Source: Eubacteriales bacterium (GTDB lineage: Bacteria > Bacillota > Clostridia > Oscillospirales > CAG-272). From it: 64,000 nucleotides of DNA. Position numbers and translations under genes: made by a program. Below are positions 10,432-19,890 of this stretch, one piece after another (within the stretch, counting starts at the first letter, position 1; each line of letters starts with the position of its first letter). The notes below the pieces were generated by a model, which saw nothing but the letters and a program-made list of their open reading frames with translations, did not search any database and was not told where the DNA came from. The stretch spans positions 103,487-167,486 of the forward strand of contig JBJDZH010000005.1 of the NCBI GenBank assembly GCA_051867895.1, read 5' to 3'.

Positions 10432-12159
10432 ATGAAAAAACTACTGATCGGAAACGAAGCGCTTGCCCGTGGCTTTTACGAGGGCGGCGTCGGCGTTGTC
10501 TCCAGCTATCCCGGCACCCCCTCGACGGAGATCACGGAATTTCTCTCCGCGTACCGCGACATCTACACCGAATGGGCGCCGAACGAAAAGGTCGCCTGCG
10601 AGGTGGCGTTCGGCGCGTCGCTCGGCGGCAGGCGTTCCGTCTGCGCCATGAAGCATGTCGGACTGAACGTGGCAGCGGATCCGCTCTTCACGCTCTCCTA
10701 CACCGGTGTGAACGCGGGTATGGTGCTGTGCGTTGCGGACGATCCCGCCATGCATTCCTCCCAGAACGAGCAGGACTCCCGCCACTATGCGGTCGCGGCG
10801 AAGCTGCCCATGCTGGAGCCGGCGGATTCCGGCGAGGCGTACGCCTTTGCCAAGGCATCCCTTGCCCTCTCGGAGCAGTTTGACACCGTGGTGCTGATGC
10901 GTATGACAACGCGCATTGCGCATTCGCAGAGTCTGGTGGAGACCGGCGAGCGCACCGACGCGCCGGTGAAGGAATACAAAAAGAACCCGCAGAAATACAT
11001 CATGATGCCCGCATACGCGAAAGGACGGCATCCCATCGTGGAAGAGCGGATGGCGGCGCTTGCCGCGTACGCGGAGGACTGCCCGTTCAACCGCGTGGAG
11101 GACGGCGCGGATCACGCGCTCGGCATCATCACAAGCGGCGCCTGCTACCAGTACGCGAAGGAGGTATTCGGAGATTCCGTACCCGTACTGAAGCTGGGCA
11201 TGGTAAATCCGCTGCCGCCGCAGCTGATCCGGCGCTTCGCTGCGTCAGTGAAGCGTCTGGTCGTGATCGAGGAGCTGGACGGCGTGATCGAAACGTTCTG
11301 CCGAACGCTCGGGCTGGAGGTGGAGGGCAAATCGATGTTCTCCCCGATCGGCGAATACTCGCAGCGCACCGTTGCAGGTGCATTCGGCATGCCGGTACCG
11401 CCGGTGACGCCGGCGCCGGCGGAGCTGCCGGGACGTCCGCCGATGATGTGCGCGGGCTGTCCGCACCGCGGCATGTACTATGTGCTGGCAAAGAACAAGG
11501 TGACGGTTCTCGGCGACATCGGCTGCTACACGCTGGGCGCGCAGCCGCCTTTGTGCGCGGTGGATACGACGCTGTGCATGGGCGCATCGGTATCCGGTCT
11601 GCACGGCTTCAACAAGGCGCAGGGCGCGCAGGCGGAGGGCAGGACGGTCGCGGTCATCGGCGACTCGACCTTCATGCATTCCGGTGTGACGGGGCTGATC
11701 GACATTGCGTACAACGGCTCCAACTCGACGGTGATTATTCTGGACAACTCCATCACCGGCATGACGGGGCACCAGCAGAACCCGACGACAGGGCTGGATA
11801 TCCACGGCGACCCGGCGGGCAAGATCGATCTGGAGGCGCTGTGCCGCGCCGTCGGCATCCGCCGCGTGACGGTGGTGGATCCGTACGACCTGGCGGCGTG
11901 CGAGCGGGCGCTGAAGGAGGAGCTGGCGGCTCCGGAGCCGTCGGTAATCATCTCGCGCCGTCCGTGCGTGCTGCTCAAAAATGTGAAAAAGAATCCGCCG
12001 CTCGCCGTGAACGCGGACAAGTGCCGCGGCTGCAAATCGTGCATGGGTCTCGGCTGCCCGGCAATCAGCTTCCGGAATAAAAAAGCCGTCATCGACGAAA
12101 CGCTCTGCGTGGGCTGCGCCGTCTGCCGCCAGAAATGCGCCTTTGACGCGATCGGATAA
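10432..12159 (+). CDS. iorA: Indolepyruvate:ferredoxin oxidoreductase, alpha subunit
   Basis: 575 aa from MKKLLIGNEALARGFYEGGVGVVSSYPGTPSTEI. TPP-binding region and C-terminal 2x[4Fe-4S] ferredoxin motifs (CRGCKSCMGLGCP, CVGCAVCRQKC). AAAGGAG SD. The track start at 10258 is a GTG inside the repeat cluster. Confidence 0.9.
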   Translation: MKKLLIGNEALARGFYEGGVGVVSSYPGTPSTEITEFLSAYRDIYTEWAPNEKVACEVAFGASLGGRRSVCAMKHVGLNVAADPLFTLSYTGVNAGMVLCVADDPAMHSSQNEQDSRHYAVAAKLPMLEPADSGEAYAFAKASLALSEQFDTVVLMRMTTRIAHSQSLVETGERTDAPVKEYKKNPQKYIMMPAYAKGRHPIVEERMAALAAYAEDCPFNRVEDGADHALGIITSGACYQYAKEVFGDSVPVLKLGMVNPLPPQLIRRFAASVKRLVVIEELDGVIETFCRTLGLEVEGKSMFSPIGEYSQRTVAGAFGMPVPPVTPAPAELPGRPPMMCAGCPHRGMYYVLAKNKVTVLGDIGCYTLGAQPPLCAVDTTLCMGASVSGLHGFNKAQGAQAEGRTVAVIGDSTFMHSGVTGLIDIAYNGSNSTVIILDNSITGMTGHQQNPTTGLDIHGDPAGKIDLEALCRAVGIRRVTVVDPYDLAACERALKEELAAPEPSVIISRRPCVLLKNVKKNPPLAVNADKCRGCKSCMGLGCPAISFRNKKAVIDETLCVGCAVCRQKCAFDAIG

Positions 12160-12385
12160 GGAACGGAGAACGGGGAACGGAGAACGATGCGGGGGCTTTT
12201 TGAAAAAAGTCCCCGCGCCCCCAAAAACTTTCGGGCAAAAACAGGGATACTGTACGGCGAAATTTTCGCTGTGCGGGACTGTATATCAGTTTGAAAGTTT
12301 TTGAAAGGGGCACGGGAAAACTTTTTTCAAAAAGTTTTCCCCGGCATATCCCTTCCCCCGGCGTCTCCCCGTATCCCCTGTGGGC
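12160..12385. repeat. Mosaic repeat cluster 4 (Z-A-B-degenerate P-B'-A'-Z') between iorA and iorB
   Basis: Z units ggaacggagaacggggaacggagaacg directly after the iorA stop. Hairpin A gggggctttttgaaaaaagtcccc at ~12191-12214. A' gggaaaacttttttcaaaaagttttcccc at ~12314-12342. The repeat lies inside an operon. Confidence 0.85.
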
Positions 12386-12438
12386 AGCGGACCGGTTTTT
12401 CATGCGAATCAAAACATTAACATAACGGAGTACAAACC

Positions 12439-13011
12439 ATGACCACAACCAGCATCATGATCGTCGGCGTCGGCGGGCAGGGCTCGCTGCTCGCCAGCCG
12501 TCTGCTCGGCCGTGTACTGACGGAGGAAGGCTACGACGTCAAGGTATCAGAGGTCCACGGCATGAGCCAGCGCGGCGGCTCCGTCGTCACCTATATCAAA
12601 TACGGCGAGCGCGTATACTCTCCCCTGGTCGATCTCGGGGAGGCGGACTGCATTATCTCCTTTGAAAAGCTCGAGGCGGCGCGTTATCTTCCCTATCTGA
12701 GACAGGGCGGGCGCATCGTCGTCAACACGCAGCAGATCGATCCCATGCCCGTCATCACCGGCGCCGCCGTCTATCCGGAAAACGTACTGGACACGGCGCG
12801 CGCCGCGGGCGCCGTCGTGGACGCACTGGACGCGCTTTCCCTTGCGGAGCAGGCTGGCTCCTCCCGCGCGGTGAACATCGTTCTGATGGGGCATTACGCG
12901 AAAAACTCCGGCATCGCGCCTGAGAAATGGCTTGCGGCGCTGGAGGCGACCGTTGCGCCGAAATTCCTTGAGATGAACCGGCGCGCGTTCGAGCTTGGTT
13001 ATCGTGTATAA
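12439..13011 (+). CDS. iorB: Indolepyruvate:ferredoxin oxidoreductase, beta subunit
   Basis: 190 aa with N-terminal IMIVGVGGQGSLLASRLLG, typical of the 2-oxoacid:ferredoxin oxidoreductase gamma/IorB family. It follows iorA. Confidence 0.88.
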   Translation: MTTTSIMIVGVGGQGSLLASRLLGRVLTEEGYDVKVSEVHGMSQRGGSVVTYIKYGERVYSPLVDLGEADCIISFEKLEAARYLPYLRQGGRIVVNTQQIDPMPVITGAAVYPENVLDTARAAGAVVDALDALSLAEQAGSSRAVNIVLMGHYAKNSGIAPEKWLAALEATVAPKFLEMNRRAFELGYRV

Positions 13012-13033
13012 TTTCATAAAACAGAGGTATACA

Positions 13034-14344
13034 ATGGAAGAGCGCTACTACCAAAAAGAAATCGAAACCATGCCCCGCGAGCAGATGCGCGCGCTCCAGA
13101 GCGAGCGCCTCGTCCGTCAGGTGCGGCACGTCTGGGACAACGTTCCCTACTACCGTTCCCTGATGGAGAAAAAGGGCGTCACGCCGGACGACATCCGCAG
13201 CGTGGACGATCTCAGCAAGCTGCCGTTCCTGACGAAGGCGGATCTGCGGGACGAGTATCCGTACGGACTGCTCGCCGCGCCGCTGTCCGACTGCGTGCGC
13301 ATCCAGTCCACCTCCGGCACGACAGGACGGCGCGTCGTCGCGTTCTACACGCAGCACGACGTCGATCTGTGGGAGGAATGCTGCGCGCGCGCCATCGTTG
13401 CCGCGGGCGGCACGCGCGAGGACGTGGTGCAGGTCGCCTACGGCTACGGTCTGTTCACCGGCGGTCCCGGACTGAACGGCGGCTCCCACAAGGTCGGCTG
13501 CCTGACGCTGCCGATGTCCTCCGGCAACACGGAGCGGCAGATCCAGTTCATGATGGATCTCGGCGCGACGATCCTCTGCTGCACGCCGTCCTATGCGGCG
13601 TACATCGGCGAGGCGCTGAAGGAAAAGGGCTACAAGCCGGAGGATAACCGGCTGAAAGCAGGCATCTTCGGCGCGGAGCCGTGGACGAACGAAATGCGCC
13701 GCGACATCGAGCGCTCGCTCGGCATCAAGGCGTTCGATATCTACGGACTGACGGAGACCTCCGGCCCCGGCGTCGCGTTCGAATGCGGGGAGCAGACCGG
13801 CATGCACATCAACGAGGATCACTTTATCCCGGAGATCATCGATCCGGACACCGGCGAGGTGCTGCCGGAGGGCGAACGCGGGGAGCTTGTCTTTACCTCG
13901 ATCACCAAGGAGGCGTTCCCGCTTCTGCGCTACCGCACGCGCGATATCTGCGTGCTCACGCGCGAGAAATGCTCCTGCGGGCGGACGCTCGTCAAAATGT
14001 CCAAGCCAATGGGCCGCTCGGACGACATGCTCATCATCCGCGGCGTGAACGTGTTCCCGTCGCAGATCGAGACGGTGCTGCTGAACGAGGGCTACTCGCC
14101 CAACTACCAGATCGTGGTGGACCGCGTGAACAACACGGACACGTTCGACGTGAACGTGGAAATGACGCCGGAGCTGTTCTCCGACACGGTGAAGGGCACG
14201 CAGGCAGCCGAGGCGAAGCTCGTGGACGCGATGCGCGTCATGCTGGGCATCACGCCGAAGGTGCATCTCGTCGCGCCGAAATCCATCGCACGCAGCGAGG
14301 GCAAGGCGGTGCGCGTCGTCGACCGGCGCAAGCTGCACGACTGA
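13034..14344 (+). CDS. paaK: Phenylacetate-CoA ligase family enzyme
   Basis: 436 aa from MEERYYQKEIETMPREQMRALQSERL, with QSTSGTTGRRVV and the typical PaaK C-terminal domain. The track start at 12995 overlaps the iorB end; ATG 13034 is preferred. Confidence 0.88.
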   Translation: MEERYYQKEIETMPREQMRALQSERLVRQVRHVWDNVPYYRSLMEKKGVTPDDIRSVDDLSKLPFLTKADLRDEYPYGLLAAPLSDCVRIQSTSGTTGRRVVAFYTQHDVDLWEECCARAIVAAGGTREDVVQVAYGYGLFTGGPGLNGGSHKVGCLTLPMSSGNTERQIQFMMDLGATILCCTPSYAAYIGEALKEKGYKPEDNRLKAGIFGAEPWTNEMRRDIERSLGIKAFDIYGLTETSGPGVAFECGEQTGMHINEDHFIPEIIDPDTGEVLPEGERGELVFTSITKEAFPLLRYRTRDICVLTREKCSCGRTLVKMSKPMGRSDDMLIIRGVNVFPSQIETVLLNEGYSPNYQIVVDRVNNTDTFDVNVEMTPELFSDTVKGTQAAEAKLVDAMRVMLGITPKVHLVAPKSIARSEGKAVRVVDRRKLHD

Positions 14345-14403
14345 TCCACACATAAAAAACTTGCTCCGGAGCGATCCGGACAGAAAACAGAGGGAGGCAT
14401 ATC

Positions 14404-14835
14404 ATGGCAATCAGACAGGTATCCGTATTTGTGGAAAACCGCAAGGGAGCGCTGGCGGACGCGCTCCGTACGCTGTCCGAGGCAGGCGTGGGACTGCGCG
14501 CGCTGTCCATCGCGGACACAAGCGACTTCGGCATTCTGCGCATCATCACGGACGACAACCGCAAGGCGGCGTTCTCGCTCTCGGAGAACGGCTACGTCTG
14601 CTCGGTGACGGAGATCGTAGCGGCATGCGCGGACGACCGCCCCGGCGGACTGGCTTCGCTGCTCACGCTGCTCTCCGACGCCGGGATCGATGTGGAATAT
14701 GTGTATGCCTTTGTGGCGCAGCCGGGCGCGCACGCGTGGGTCGTTCTGCGCGTGGACGACAACGCGGCGGCAGAGCGCGTGCTCCGCGCGGCGGGCGTGA
14801 CGCTCGTCTCGGAGGACGACGTCGCCGCGCTGTAA
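14404..14835 (+). CDS. ACT-domain protein (two ACT repeats) of the ior-paaK operon
   Basis: 143 aa. QVSVFVENRKGALADALRTLSEAGVGLRALSIAD and a second ACT-like half. GGAGG SD. Confidence 0.8.
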   Translation: MAIRQVSVFVENRKGALADALRTLSEAGVGLRALSIADTSDFGILRIITDDNRKAAFSLSENGYVCSVTEIVAACADDRPGGLASLLTLLSDAGIDVEYVYAFVAQPGAHAWVVLRVDDNAAAERVLRAAGVTLVSEDDVAAL

Positions 14836-14917
14836 AACGCGCATAAATTCCCCGCAATACGCCGATACTGATACAAAATCCAGCGGGAGGGCGCGCCCTC
14901 CGGAAAGCGAGAATTCC

Positions 14918-15532
14918 ATGAAACGACTGCTCACCGCGCTGCTTGCCGCCGTGTGTCTGGCGGCGCTCTCCTCCTGCGCCGCCTCCTCCGGCATGAGCGA
15001 GGACGAGATCCGCGAAACCTACCGTACCCTTGTGGAGGCATCCTACGAGCTGAACGGGATCTACTACGGTGACGGACTGCCGTATGAAGCGGACATCGAC
15101 ATGATGGCGTATCTGACCGGCGCCGGCGCGGAGGCGCTCCGCGTCAGCTATATGCCCGTCGCGGAGGACGCCGCCTATCAAAGCGAGGCGGAGATCCGAA
15201 GCGCCACCGAAAAGGTATTCACCGATCAGATCTGCGAGCACCTTTTCACGCTCGCCTTTCAGGGCATCAGCGCCGGAGATGAAAACGAAACCGTCTCCTA
15301 CGCGCGCTATATCGAGCAGGACGGCGTTCTGACCGTCCGCATCGACCTCGCAGGGGAGGCGCTGCCGATGGGACGGACGTACGATTTCTCCGGCATGCAG
15401 CTGATTTCGGACGAGGGCACGCGGATCCGCGCGTCTTTTCCGTCGCTCCTTGACGGACAAAAGTCGGTCGATGTCAAAATAACCATCGTAAAAACGGAAG
15501 ACGGCTGGCGGCTGGATTCACCAACCTATTGA
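14918..15532 (+). CDS. Hypothetical lipoprotein
   Basis: 204 aa. Signal peptide with lipobox LAALSS-C. Confidence 0.7.
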   Translation: MKRLLTALLAAVCLAALSSCAASSGMSEDEIRETYRTLVEASYELNGIYYGDGLPYEADIDMMAYLTGAGAEALRVSYMPVAEDAAYQSEAEIRSATEKVFTDQICEHLFTLAFQGISAGDENETVSYARYIEQDGVLTVRIDLAGEALPMGRTYDFSGMQLISDEGTRIRASFPSLLDGQKSVDVKITIVKTEDGWRLDSPTY

Positions 15533-15557
15533 CAAACGCGCGCTTTTCGTATACAAT
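15529..15557 (+). promoter_or_regulatory. Sigma-A type promoter for the DUF1292 gene
   Basis: TTGACA (15529-15534), 17-nt spacer, TACAAT (15552-15557). Confidence 0.5.
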
Positions 15558-15592
15558 GGTATCACAAGTACAAAGCAGATGCGGAGGACGCT

Positions 15593-15922
15593 ATGGCTGA
15601 CGATATGAATAAGAATCCCCTTGCGGGAGACAATGAAGATACAGACGAGCTGGAGGATGTCGAGGTTTACACCCTGACCGACGAGGACGGAAACGAAAAG
15701 GATTTCGAGCTGATCGGCAAGTGTACGCTGGACGATGCGACATACTACGCTCTGACCGAGCTGGACGACGATGGCAATCAGGTGAGCGACGAATATGTCA
15801 TCCTGCGGCTGGAGGATGAGGACGGCGAGGAGATCCTCGTGTCCGTGGACGACGACGACGAGTTCGACCGCGTGGCGGATTTCTTTGACGACCAGTTCTC
15901 CGATATCGACTACGACGTCTGA
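15593..15922 (+). CDS. DUF1292-family acidic protein
   Basis: 109 aa, very acidic. The pattern DEDGNEKDFELIG...YYAL...VILR...DEFDRVADFF is typical of DUF1292 (YrzB-like) proteins. Confidence 0.8.
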   Translation: MADDMNKNPLAGDNEDTDELEDVEVYTLTDEDGNEKDFELIGKCTLDDATYYALTELDDDGNQVSDEYVILRLEDEDGEEILVSVDDDDEFDRVADFFDDQFSDIDYDV

Positions 15923-16142
15923 GCTGCTGCCTGCTGTGTTCGTGATGCGTGAGTAATTAAACCCACAGATAACAAATGGAGCCCGGACTTCTCCTGCCGG
16001 TATGCAGACCTCCCCCGCGCCGCTCCTTTGACCGGCGCGGCGGACGCTGGGAGCACAAAACAGGAGAGAGGGCACCGCCCTTGCGAAAGCAGGGTTTCTA
16101 TCTTCTTGCGCACACGGCACGGCGGGTATTTTTGCCGGTACC

Positions 16143-16174
16143 GGCGCTCGCCTTCGGGCGGGCGCCGTTTTTTT
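16143..16174 (+). terminator. Rho-independent terminator
   Basis: GGCGCTCGCC-ttcg-GGCGGGCGCC followed by gttttttt. Confidence 0.75.
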
Positions 16175-16301
16175 GAGAAAATGCGCCGCGCGGACTTCAC
16201 GACGGAAGCACGGCAGCTTCCCGAACGGACGGGCTGCGCCGCCCTCCCGCACATATTTCAATCACCCGCCCCGGCGGCAAAGTCCGCCTGAAAGGAATCA
16301 T

Positions 16302-18440
16302 ATGTCAAACGAAACATTGCTCAAATGCCGCTTTTCGGACAGCGGCCGCGGATTCGGCTTCGCCTCTCCCCTGGAGGAGGAGGGCGAGGATCTCTTTATC
16401 GCACCAGACAGCACCATGAGCGCCATGACCGGCGACACCGTGCTCGTCCACCGATACCGGCGGGGCGAGGCGGGCTACACGCGCGGCAGCGAGGGTGAAG
16501 TCACCCGGATCCTCGAGCACGGCAATACCGAGATCATTGGCGCCTTTGCCATGCGCGGCGCCGAGGGCGTCGTTGTGCCGGACAACGAAAAGCTCCACGC
16601 CGAGGTCTCCGTGCGCGGCTCCGACATCGGCGCGGCGCATCCCGGCGACAAGGTCGCCGTCCGGATCACCGCCTATCCGCGCCGCCGCCGCGGGGAGGAG
16701 CTGTTCCGTCTGGAGGGCTACGTCACCGCCGTATTCGGGCGCGCCGAAACAAGAGAGGCAAACTACGCCGCCGTCCTCCACCAGAACGGCATTCCCACCG
16801 AATTCTCCGACGACGCCGAGTGGGAGGCGGAAGACGCCGCCGCCCGCCCGCTTCGTGAGGAGGGTCGGCTGGATTTCCGCGATCAGCCGACGCTGACGAT
16901 CGACAGCGCGGACGCGAAGGACCTCGACGACGCCGTCTCCCTTTCCCGCACCGACGGAGGCTGGCTGCTCGGCGTACACATTGCGGACGTCTCCGAATAC
17001 GTCCGCGAGGGAGGCGTGCTCGACCGCGAGGCGTACGAGCGCGGCACCTCCGTCTATTTTGTAGACAAGGTCGTTCCCATGCTGCCGGTAGCGCTCTCCA
17101 ACGGCGCCTGCTCGCTGAACGGCGGCGAAACGCGGTACGCGCTCTCCGCTTTTCTGACCATCGGCGAGGACGGCGTGACGCGCGGCTGCGAATTTAAGAA
17201 AACGCTGATCCGTTCCGACGTGCGCGGCGTATACAGCGAGGTCAACGATCTGTTTGAAAACGGGCGCGCGTCCGCGTTCGCACAGAAATACGACGCCGTA
17301 TACGACATGCTCGCGGATATGCGCGTATTGTACGAAACGCTCCGCCGCGCCGCCGAGGCGCGCGGTCAGCTCAATCTCGAGAGCACTGAGGCGAAGATCC
17401 TGCTGGACGAAAAGGGGCTGCCGGTCGATATCGTTCCGCGCGTGCGCGGTACGGCGGAGCTGATGATCGAGCAGTTCATGCTGGCGGCGAACATCGGCGC
17501 GGCGACATGGCTGCACGCGCGGGGACTCCCGTGCCTGTACCGTGTCCACGAGGATCCCATGCCGGAGAAGATCTCCGCCTTTGCGGTTTTTGCGCACAAC
17601 ATGGGGCTGGATGTCACCGGGATCACCGGCGGCGTATCCTCCGCGCGGCTCGGGCAGCTGCTCGGCGAGGCGGCGGAGAAGGGCGTCGGCGAGGTCGTTT
17701 CCGGCGTTTTGCTGCGCAGTCTTGCCAAAGCGCGCTACAGCGAAAAGCCCGGCTCTCACTACGGGATCGCCGCGCCGCTGTACTGCCACTTCACCTCGCC
17801 GATCCGCCGTTATCCCGATCTGTTCGTCCACCGGGCGATTTCCTCGGCGCTGACCGGGTCACGTCTGCCGTCCCATCCGGCGGAAAGCGCCCGCGTAACC
17901 AGCGACGCAGAGATGCGTGCCGTGACCGCCGAGCGGCAGATTGAGGATATCTACATGGCGCAATACTGCTCCTTCCACATCGGCGAGGAATATGACGCGT
18001 CGGTTTCGTCCGTCTGCTCCTTCGGCGTTTTCGCGAAAACGGACAAGCTCTTTGAGGGGCTTGTGCCGATCGAGGCGCTGTTCGGCGCATGGGTTCGTCC
18101 GGAATACAATGCCGAGCGCATGACGCTTACCGGTGGGGGGCAGACTTACCGTCTCGGTGACAGGCTCCGCATCCGCATTGAGCGCGCGGACGTCGCCAGC
18201 GGGCAGATCGATTTTGCGCTCGCCTCCGCGCCTGTTTCCGCTGCGCCTTCGCAGAAGCAGCCGGCAGGCGGATACCGCATCCGTCCGTCAGAGAGGCATG
18301 CATCCGGGCGCCGGGCGGATAACCGGCGCACGGGCGGACACGGCGGAACGGACAGGAAAAGCCGTCCGGCAGACAGCAGGGATGGCGCCCGCCGCACAGG
18401 CGGACGCCGCACGGCGGGAAAAAGGAACCGTCGCGGATGA
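16302..18440 (+). CDS. rnr: Ribonuclease R
   Basis: 712 aa from MSNETLLKCRFSDSGRGFGFA (cold-shock/OB). RNB domain (TIDSADAKDLDDAVS, HYGIAAPLYCHFTSPIRRYPDL), S1 domain and an Arg/Gly-rich tail. The track start at 16173 is upstream of the SD AAAGGA. Confidence 0.92.
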   Translation: MSNETLLKCRFSDSGRGFGFASPLEEEGEDLFIAPDSTMSAMTGDTVLVHRYRRGEAGYTRGSEGEVTRILEHGNTEIIGAFAMRGAEGVVVPDNEKLHAEVSVRGSDIGAAHPGDKVAVRITAYPRRRRGEELFRLEGYVTAVFGRAETREANYAAVLHQNGIPTEFSDDAEWEAEDAAARPLREEGRLDFRDQPTLTIDSADAKDLDDAVSLSRTDGGWLLGVHIADVSEYVREGGVLDREAYERGTSVYFVDKVVPMLPVALSNGACSLNGGETRYALSAFLTIGEDGVTRGCEFKKTLIRSDVRGVYSEVNDLFENGRASAFAQKYDAVYDMLADMRVLYETLRRAAEARGQLNLESTEAKILLDEKGLPVDIVPRVRGTAELMIEQFMLAANIGAATWLHARGLPCLYRVHEDPMPEKISAFAVFAHNMGLDVTGITGGVSSARLGQLLGEAAEKGVGEVVSGVLLRSLAKARYSEKPGSHYGIAAPLYCHFTSPIRRYPDLFVHRAISSALTGSRLPSHPAESARVTSDAEMRAVTAERQIEDIYMAQYCSFHIGEEYDASVSSVCSFGVFAKTDKLFEGLVPIEALFGAWVRPEYNAERMTLTGGGQTYRLGDRLRIRIERADVASGQIDFALASAPVSAAPSQKQPAGGYRIRPSERHASGRRADNRRTGGHGGTDRKSRPADSRDGARRTGGRRTAGKRNRRG

Positions 18441-18444
18441 CGAG

Positions 18445-19230
18445 CGGGGAAAGTGCAGGGGAAGGCAGAGAACGGAACGCAAGGGGGCTTTTTGAAAAAA
18501 GCCCCCTTGACCCCCCAAAAAACTTTCATACTGAATCCCCGCCAAGGCACAGCGAAGCCAACTCGCCACCTCTCCGGTTTCCGTGCAGCGCGCCGGAGTA
18601 CAGCGGAATCTGTCAGACCTAACCCTCCCCGCCCCTCCCAAAAAACACGTTCGCGCACGCGCTCACTGTGTTTTTGGATTCCGCGCTCCTTGTATTTTTG
18701 ATAAGGAGCGCACCACTCCCCTCAGCCAAGGAGAGTGGGGGGCGGGGGAGAGGAACTTCGGCGTTTGAGATGGTCCTCTCCCCCGCAGCACGAGGCGTTT
18801 GAGATGAGACGCGAACACGGGCACGCCGCAGGAAAACGCGCAAGAAAACGCAAGGGGGCTTTTTGAAAAAAGCCCCCTTGACCCCCAAAAACTTTCATAC
18901 TGAATCCCCATCTAAGCACAGCGAAGCCAACTCGCCTCCTCTCCGGTTTCCGTGCAGCGCGCCGGAGTACAGCGGAATCCGTCAGACCTAACCCTGTACG
19001 CCTCTCCCGAAAAACACGTTCGCGCACGCGCTCCTTGTATTTTTGATAAGGAGCCCCCATCTCCCCTCAGCCAAGGAGCGCGGAGTGCAAGGGAGAGGAA
19101 CTTCGGCGTTTGAGATGGTCCTCTCCCCCGCATACGAAGCGTTTGAAATTGTCTTCTCCCCCTCAATACATGAATGAGATTTCCCCGCGGCCAAATCATT
19201 TGAGCGGAACTTTCTTCAAAAGTTTTCCTT
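18445..19230 (+). repeat. Mosaic repeat cluster 5: two tandem full-length cores (Z-A-B-C-D-E-F-G x2) plus a terminal A-type hairpin
   Basis: Hairpin A at 18480-18509 and ~18848-18877. H1 at 18742-18786 and 19087-19131. The two copies are collinear over ~360 bp each. A-like gcggaactttcttcaaaagttttcc at 19203-19228. Confidence 0.92.
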
Positions 19231-19264
19231 GGCGCATCCCATTATATAATGTGAGGTACAGTGT

Positions 19265-19888
19265 ATGATTTCCGAATCTCTGTATGAACGCTACCCGGCA
19301 CTCGTCACGTGCCGCGCGTCGATTGATGCGGCGGAGCGCCTGCTCTGCGGCGCATTCCGCGCGGGCGGCAAGCTGCTGATCTGTGGAAATGGCGGGAGCG
19401 CCGCGGACGCCGGTCACATTGCCGGCGAGCTGATGAAATCCTTTCTGCTGCCGCGCCCGCTCGGCGAAGAGGAGAGAGGCGCGCTGTCCCACTTCGGCGG
19501 CGACGGCGAATACCTCGCCGCTGCATTGCAGGGCGGTCTCCCCGTCGTTTCGCTCGCGGCGCATTCCGCGCTTATGACCGCTGTCGCCAACGATACCGCC
19601 GCGGACGCGATCTTCGCACAGCAGACATGGGCGCTCGGGCGTCCGGGCGACGCGCTGCTTGCGATCTCCACCTCCGGCAGCAGCAGAAACTGCGTTCTCG
19701 CCGCGATTGCCGCCAGGGCGCGCGGCATGTCCGTTTTGGCGCTGACCGGCGAGGGATGCGGCAGGCTTGCCGATCTTGCGGACGTCACCGTTGCGGTTCC
19801 CGCCCGCGAGACGTTCCGGGTGCAGGAATACCATCTGCCCGTTTATCACGCGCTCTGCGCCGCCGTCGAGGCGGATTTCTTCACCTGA
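19265..19888 (+). CDS. gmhA: SIS-domain phosphoheptose isomerase-like protein
   Basis: 207 aa. LLICGNGGSAADAGHIAGEL and ISTSGSSRNCV motifs of GmhA/DiaA-type SIS proteins. Confidence 0.75.
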   Translation: MISESLYERYPALVTCRASIDAAERLLCGAFRAGGKLLICGNGGSAADAGHIAGELMKSFLLPRPLGEEERGALSHFGGDGEYLAAALQGGLPVVSLAAHSALMTAVANDTAADAIFAQQTWALGRPGDALLAISTSGSSRNCVLAAIAARARGMSVLALTGEGCGRLADLADVTVAVPARETFRVQEYHLPVYHALCAAVEADFFT

Positions 19889-19890
19889 GC

